Source of the DNA: Candidatus Hermodarchaeota archaeon
GTDB lineage: Archaea; Asgardarchaeota; Heimdallarchaeia; Hodarchaeales; Hodarchaeaceae
Length of the DNA stretch: 32,000 nucleotides
Assembly: GCA_048886185.1 (NCBI GenBank)
Contig: JBHLKY010000006.1
Span: 120,001 to 152,000 of the forward strand
Reading direction: 5' to 3'
Shown: positions 27,897 to 32,000 of the stretch, one piece after another
How positions within the stretch are numbered: position 1 is the first letter of the stretch
Layout of the letters: each line of letters opens with the position of its first letter
Translations under genes and position numbers: made by a program
Notes under the pieces: model-generated
Told to the model about the DNA's origin: nothing
Seen by the model: only the letters and a program-made list of their open reading frames with translations
Databases searched by the model: none

Positions 27897-29783
27897 CTAT
27901 AGTATGTCGATAGTGATTTGTTTCATTGGTGGAAAGAGTTCTATATTTGTACGCTTCTTAACTAGTTGAATAAGTTCTAGATACAAGTCTTCGTAATTCA
28001 TTTCTGTTTTATTGGTTTTTCCTGGTACAATAATCTTGTTATCGTTAGCAATCTGGAGTGATTTGGTGTAACCTGCAGCAGAGTGTCTTAAAATAGCTGA
28101 CATTGGATCCCAGGTTAATACTCGAAAGAGTATTTCTTGGGACACAGGAGTTCCATCAGCAACACACACCTGACCTGCATGAAGTGAATATCCCACGCCA
28201 ACACCACCCCCACCATGATAACTAGTCCAAGTTGCTCCGCAAAGAGAATTTCCTAATAAATTCAGCACAGGATAATCACCAATTGCATCAGAACCATCTT
28301 TCATTCCTTCTGTTTCTCTGTAAGGACTAGCTACTGAACCTCCATCAAGGTGATCACGGCCGATTATTACAGGCGCTTTAATTATACTATCAAAATAAAG
28401 CTTGTTTAGAAGCATCCCAAAAGCAGCCCTTCCTTTGTATCCAGCCCAGAAAACACGTGCGGGTAAACCCCCCTCAAAGGGGATATATTTAGATGCCAAA
28501 TCTATCCAATTTATTAACATTGGATCGTCAGAGAACAGCATTTTAGCATATTTATCCGTAATACGTATATCTTCTGGGTCGTTTGAGAGTGCTGCCCAAC
28601 GAAATGGTCCTTTTCCCTCACAAAATAGCGGCCGAATATAATTAGGTACAAAACCAGAGAAGCTAAACGCTTTTGAAAGCCCTGCATTGTACGCTTGAGC
28701 TCGAATATTATTTCCATAATCAAAAGTTTCCGCACCTCTTTCTTGCAAAGTAATCATTGCTTTTACATGCCGTTTTACAGTCTTAAAAGCAAGACTTTTG
28801 TACTTTTGAGGATCAGTTTTTCTGAGCGTTAATGCTTCTGAAAATGTCATTTCAGCTGGAATATAACCGTTCAACATATCATGAGCTGAAGTCTGATCTG
28901 TTAATATATGAGGAGTGATTTCATGCGTGATTAAGTACTCTAAGAGATCAACAGCATTACACAAAATACCGATTGATAATAGTTCTCCTTTTTCAACAGA
29001 TTGTCGTGCTATCTGCACGCCTTCTGAAATTGAATTAATTTTCACATCTAAATAAGGAGTTCCCTTATCTCTGCCTTGGTGGAAGATTCGGTCAAGGTTA
29101 CTCGGATCAATTTCTGCAACTAGAGCGGTTTTATTTGCCATTTTGATAGCTAACGGTTGAGCTCCGCCCATTAACCCTAAACCAGCTGTTACAACTAGAT
29201 TTTGCTCAAAAGGTTTCAATAGAGAAAAGGATTTTTTACTTTCAGCTGATTTAATTGCTGCAACGACTGTTTCATAAGTTCCTTGAATTATTCCTTGAAG
29301 ACCAATAAAAATCCAGCTACCTGCAGTCATTTGACCATACACAGTAAGTCCTGCATCAACCATCTCCTGGAAAGATTGAACCCAATTTGGTACAATCACG
29401 GAGTTAGTGATAACACAACGAGGAGCTAGAGGATGGGTTATTGTTTTACCGTAAGGAACCCCTGATTGCATGAATAAGGTTTCATTGGGTTGTAAAGTTT
29501 TAAGAAGTTCAATAGTGTCGTAAAAAGCTTTCCAGTTTCGCATAGCTTTTCCGCTACCACCATATATGAAAAATTTTTCCCAGTTCTTTCCATTATGGAG
29601 GTTAGATATAATAGCTCGAATAATTCCCTCAGTTGACCATCCTGCGATAGTTGTGGGAGATAAGGCATCCTCCCCACGAGGAAGTGGGGGAATTTCCTCT
29701 GGTTTAAGATCTAAACGCAGAAGTTCTTCTTCAGGTTTCTTATAAATTCCTTCTAGAATTTCATTTAAACGGGATTTCTTCAT
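27897..29783 (-). CDS. hutU: Urocanate hydratase
   Basis: YGGSGKAMRNW, YGQMTAGSW..IG.QGI.QGTYET, TDQTSAHD, FDYGNNIR, GRDHLD.GSVASPYRETE. Confidence 0.95.
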   Translation of the reverse strand: MKKSRLNEILEGIYKKPEEELLRLDLKPEEIPPLPRGEDALSPTTIAGWSTEGIIRAIISNLHNGKNWEKFFIYGGSGKAMRNWKAFYDTIELLKTLQPNETLFMQSGVPYGKTITHPLAPRCVITNSVIVPNWVQSFQEMVDAGLTVYGQMTAGSWIFIGLQGIIQGTYETVVAAIKSAESKKSFSLLKPFEQNLVVTAGLGLMGGAQPLAIKMANKTALVAEIDPSNLDRIFHQGRDKGTPYLDVKINSISEGVQIARQSVEKGELLSIGILCNAVDLLEYLITHEITPHILTDQTSAHDMLNGYIPAEMTFSEALTLRKTDPQKYKSLAFKTVKRHVKAMITLQERGAETFDYGNNIRAQAYNAGLSKAFSFSGFVPNYIRPLFCEGKGPFRWAALSNDPEDIRITDKYAKMLFSDDPMLINWIDLASKYIPFEGGLPARVFWAGYKGRAAFGMLLNKLYFDSIIKAPVIIGRDHLDGGSVASPYRETEGMKDGSDAIGDYPVLNLLGNSLCGATWTSYHGGGGVGVGYSLHAGQVCVADGTPVSQEILFRVLTWDPMSAILRHSAAGYTKSLQIANDNKIIVPGKTNKTEMNYEDLYLELIQLVKKRTNIELFPPMKQITIDIL

Positions 29784-29809
29784 TGATCATCCTCCACTGA
29801 TTTATTGGA

Positions 29810-29827
29810 AAGATGAGTACGCATCTT
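29810..29827. promoter_or_regulatory. Candidate operator palindrome upstream of hutU
   Basis: AAGATGAGTACGCATCTT is a 16/18 palindrome located between the predicted TATA box and the GGAGG RBS of hutU. Confidence 0.4.
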
Positions 29828-29832
29828 ACTTA

Positions 29833-29900
29833 AGTTTCAAGAATACAGTTCCTCGTATAAAAACTCTGGTTTTAGCATAGAATAATTCTTTCTTGAAACT
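29833..29900. repeat. Perfect 11-bp inverted repeat flanking the predicted hutU TATA box
   Basis: AGTTTCAAGAA (29833-29843) and TTCTTGAAACT (29890-29900). The 46-nt spacer contains TTTTTATA on the minus strand (29863-29856). Confidence 0.6.
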
Positions 29901-29950
29901 GAAGAAGATTTGATTACCAAATGAATAGGAATTAAAGATACTGCCCTAAA

Positions 29951-30658
29951 TTATCCTTTTCGTAGTTCAGAAATTAGGATATCACGAATGACCATTTGAA
30001 TAGGCTGAATGATACGTTGAACAGGTTGAGGCCGAAGTTTAGGATTCCACTCACCTTTACCCCAAGCCTCTTTTAAGGCAACTAATGCCTCTAAACAACT
30101 AACTTCGAAGGTACTAGCGAAGGTATCACGTAATTTATCAGAAATGCCTGCTTCTAACATTAACTTGCCAACATCCGCAGCACTGATTCGTGTATCGGCA
30201 GGTAGATCCATCTTATTAAGCATAATAGCCATCTTAACCTCACGATTATAGAGCTTTTCGCCTAATATTTGAAAAAGTTCAGTAAGACTATCTTTATTCT
30301 CCTCCCAACGGGCTTTCTCAGAATCAATAACCACAATAAGACCATGGAGCCCATTGACAACAATTTTTCGCATAGATTTAAAACGATCTTGCCCTGGCGT
30401 AGTAAAAAGATGATACTTGAATCCCTTTCCTGGGCCGGTACCCAAGCCAAATGTTGCTTGATCAAAACCAATCGTTCGTTCAGTTGCTTTATCCTCGAGT
30501 TTCAAAAACTGATAAACGCTTTCAGGGTCCTCTTTTTTCTTAATAGCATGAAATAAGCTCAATGCAGTAGTTTTTCCAGCTAATGTAGGGCCCCAAAAAA
30601 CAATCTTAATACCTTTTTGAGCCTCTTCAAAAACAAGTTCTTCTTCTTGACTCAACAA
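29951..30658 (-). CDS. Small GTPase, MglA-like
   Basis: G1 GPTLAGKTT, G2 ERTIGFD (intrinsic Arg), G3 TTPGQ lacking Asp as in MglA TVPGQ, G4 NKMD. Confidence 0.85.
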   Translation of the reverse strand: MLSQEEELVFEEAQKGIKIVFWGPTLAGKTTALSLFHAIKKKEDPESVYQFLKLEDKATERTIGFDQATFGLGTGPGKGFKYHLFTTPGQDRFKSMRKIVVNGLHGLIVVIDSEKARWEENKDSLTELFQILGEKLYNREVKMAIMLNKMDLPADTRISAADVGKLMLEAGISDKLRDTFASTFEVSCLEALVALKEAWGKGEWNPKLRPQPVQRIIQPIQMVIRDILISELRKG

Positions 30659-31086
30659 AGCTTCCTCGTGTCATTTGATTGTCCGCAACGAAGAAAATTA
30701 ACCGCTCCAGCAATCAATATGCTAGAGAGAATAACAATTACGTGACTCCAAGCTAACAAGTATGTCTCCTTCATCATTATTATATATTTTATTCTATTTC
30801 TCATTTCCTCATGTTTGACTAGAAATAGGATAAATACTTTCTTGAATAAAAATAAGTTTTTCTATTTATCTCGCATTAAAATCTTACTCGTTTGTAAAAC
30901 CAAGTGCATATTCTCTTAATTATAGATAAACAAATATTTTTTTCACTTATCAGGTTAAAAAAGATATAGGATACATCTTGAAAATTTCAGCAATATTCAT
31001 ATGAAAGACAAATGAGTGACATTAATAACCTCAAATTAAGTGTTTTGAATCCTATATCTAATGTATCAAATCTTTGGAGATAAAGA

Positions 31087-31815
31087 ATGACAGAGAACTT
31101 TGATGTGATTGCTGTTTCTCCTCATCCAGACGATGCTGAAATTGGTTGTGGAGGAACATTATCTCTCCTCGCCAAATTGGGATATCGGGTAGGGATCATT
31201 GATTTAACTGATGGGGAACCCACACCCTTTAATGAAACTCCCGAAATTCGTATTAAAGAATCTTTAAAGGCTGCAAGAATATTAGGTATTGAAAGACATC
31301 TGCTGGATCTGCCAAATCGCCGATTAATGGATAATATTGACACTAGATTGACTTTGGCTAAAATTTTTCGACAAAAAAGGCCTAAAATCGTCATTGGTAT
31401 GCTAGGAAGAACTCCCCAAGGATCACCCGACCACTATCAAAGTCAGTTAATTTTTGATGCTGCGATCTTTTATAGTCGTCTTTCTAAGTGGGAAGATCAG
31501 TTTGATAATCTTCCTCCGTGGAGAATAAAGCATACTTTTTACTACTTCACGGCTCGTGAATTAATCCCATCAGAATTACCCCTTCAATTCATTGTAGATA
31601 TCAGTACTCAGTTTGAAATTAAAAAGCAAGCAATTTTAGCTTATGAATCACAGTTTAAAGCACATTCTGCTTATAATCCACCGATTATTGATTGGATAGA
31701 AGGGATGGGCCGTTATTTTGGATCATTAATCAATAGCAAATACGGAGAGGTTTTCTATGGAGCAAAAATACTAAACCTCGATCTCTTTCAATATTATCTA
31801 AAAAACTCAAAGTAA
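31087..31815 (+). CDS. PIG-L/LmbE family deacetylase (BshB1-like)
   Basis: SPHPDDAEIGCGG, DLTDGE, PDH, VDIS..FEIKK.AI.AY.SQF. Confidence 0.88.
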   Translation: MTENFDVIAVSPHPDDAEIGCGGTLSLLAKLGYRVGIIDLTDGEPTPFNETPEIRIKESLKAARILGIERHLLDLPNRRLMDNIDTRLTLAKIFRQKRPKIVIGMLGRTPQGSPDHYQSQLIFDAAIFYSRLSKWEDQFDNLPPWRIKHTFYYFTARELIPSELPLQFIVDISTQFEIKKQAILAYESQFKAHSAYNPPIIDWIEGMGRYFGSLINSKYGEVFYGAKILNLDLFQYYLKNSK

Positions 31816-31839
31816 AGAGTCTCAGTTTCTACCACAGAT

Positions 31840-32000
31840 TTATTCCTCACTATGATTCTTTGCTATCTTTGCTGCAAATAAAGCGTATTCTAAGAAGTCT
31901 TGAGGTTCCAAACGTTCTATTGAGTTTTTTAAAGCCGATAATATTTGATCTCGCTCATTTTCATTAACAAAGGTTGGCTGAGATAGACACTTTGAATAGA
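31840..32000 (-). CDS. 3' end of an unidentified gene entering from the right edge
   Basis: Open frame ...YSKCLSQPTFVNENERDQILSALKNSIERLEPQDFLEYALFAAKIAKNHSEE with a stop at 31840-31842 and protein-like composition. Confidence 0.5.
   Translation of the reverse strand, partial: YSKCLSQPTFVNENERDQILSALKNSIERLEPQDFLEYALFAAKIAKNHSEE

Noticed and set aside
1-32000. Search by eye for tRNA/rRNA, CRISPR repeats, transposases and integrases
   Set aside because: No GC-rich structured stretch, T-loop motif, regularly spaced repeat or mobile-element ORF was seen. A covariance-model scan would be needed to exclude small RNAs.

Overview
AT-rich archaeal window, most consistent with an Asgard archaeon (Heimdallarchaeia/Hodarchaeales-like). 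This is an inference from two Roadblock proteins, a longin-like domain, an MglA-type GTPase, a SNARE-like tail-anchored protein, TFE, archaeal GGPP synthase and ArcS/RaSEA. Housekeeping content: partial alanine aminotransferase, arcS-raSEA (archaeosine), a Phr/HSR1-type regulator heading grpE-dnaK-dnaJ, a COG1340 coiled-coil protein, a HAD hydrolase, GGPPS, tfe, hutI/hutH/hutU and a PIG-L deacetylase. Four genes stand out. (1) A multi-pass membrane protein with three extracellular PPC-like beta-sandwiches and a cytoplasmic HEPN domain with an intact RxxxxH motif (receptor-RNase architecture). (2) A divergently transcribed helical protein resembling eukaryotic CINP/C1orf109. (3) A degenerate FtsZ/tubulin fold fused to a longin-like domain. 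(4) A tail-anchored protein with a complete 16-layer Q-SNARE motif. No rRNA, tRNA, CRISPR array or mobile element was recognised. All family assignments come from motif recognition by eye and recalled consensus sequences; no database search was run.
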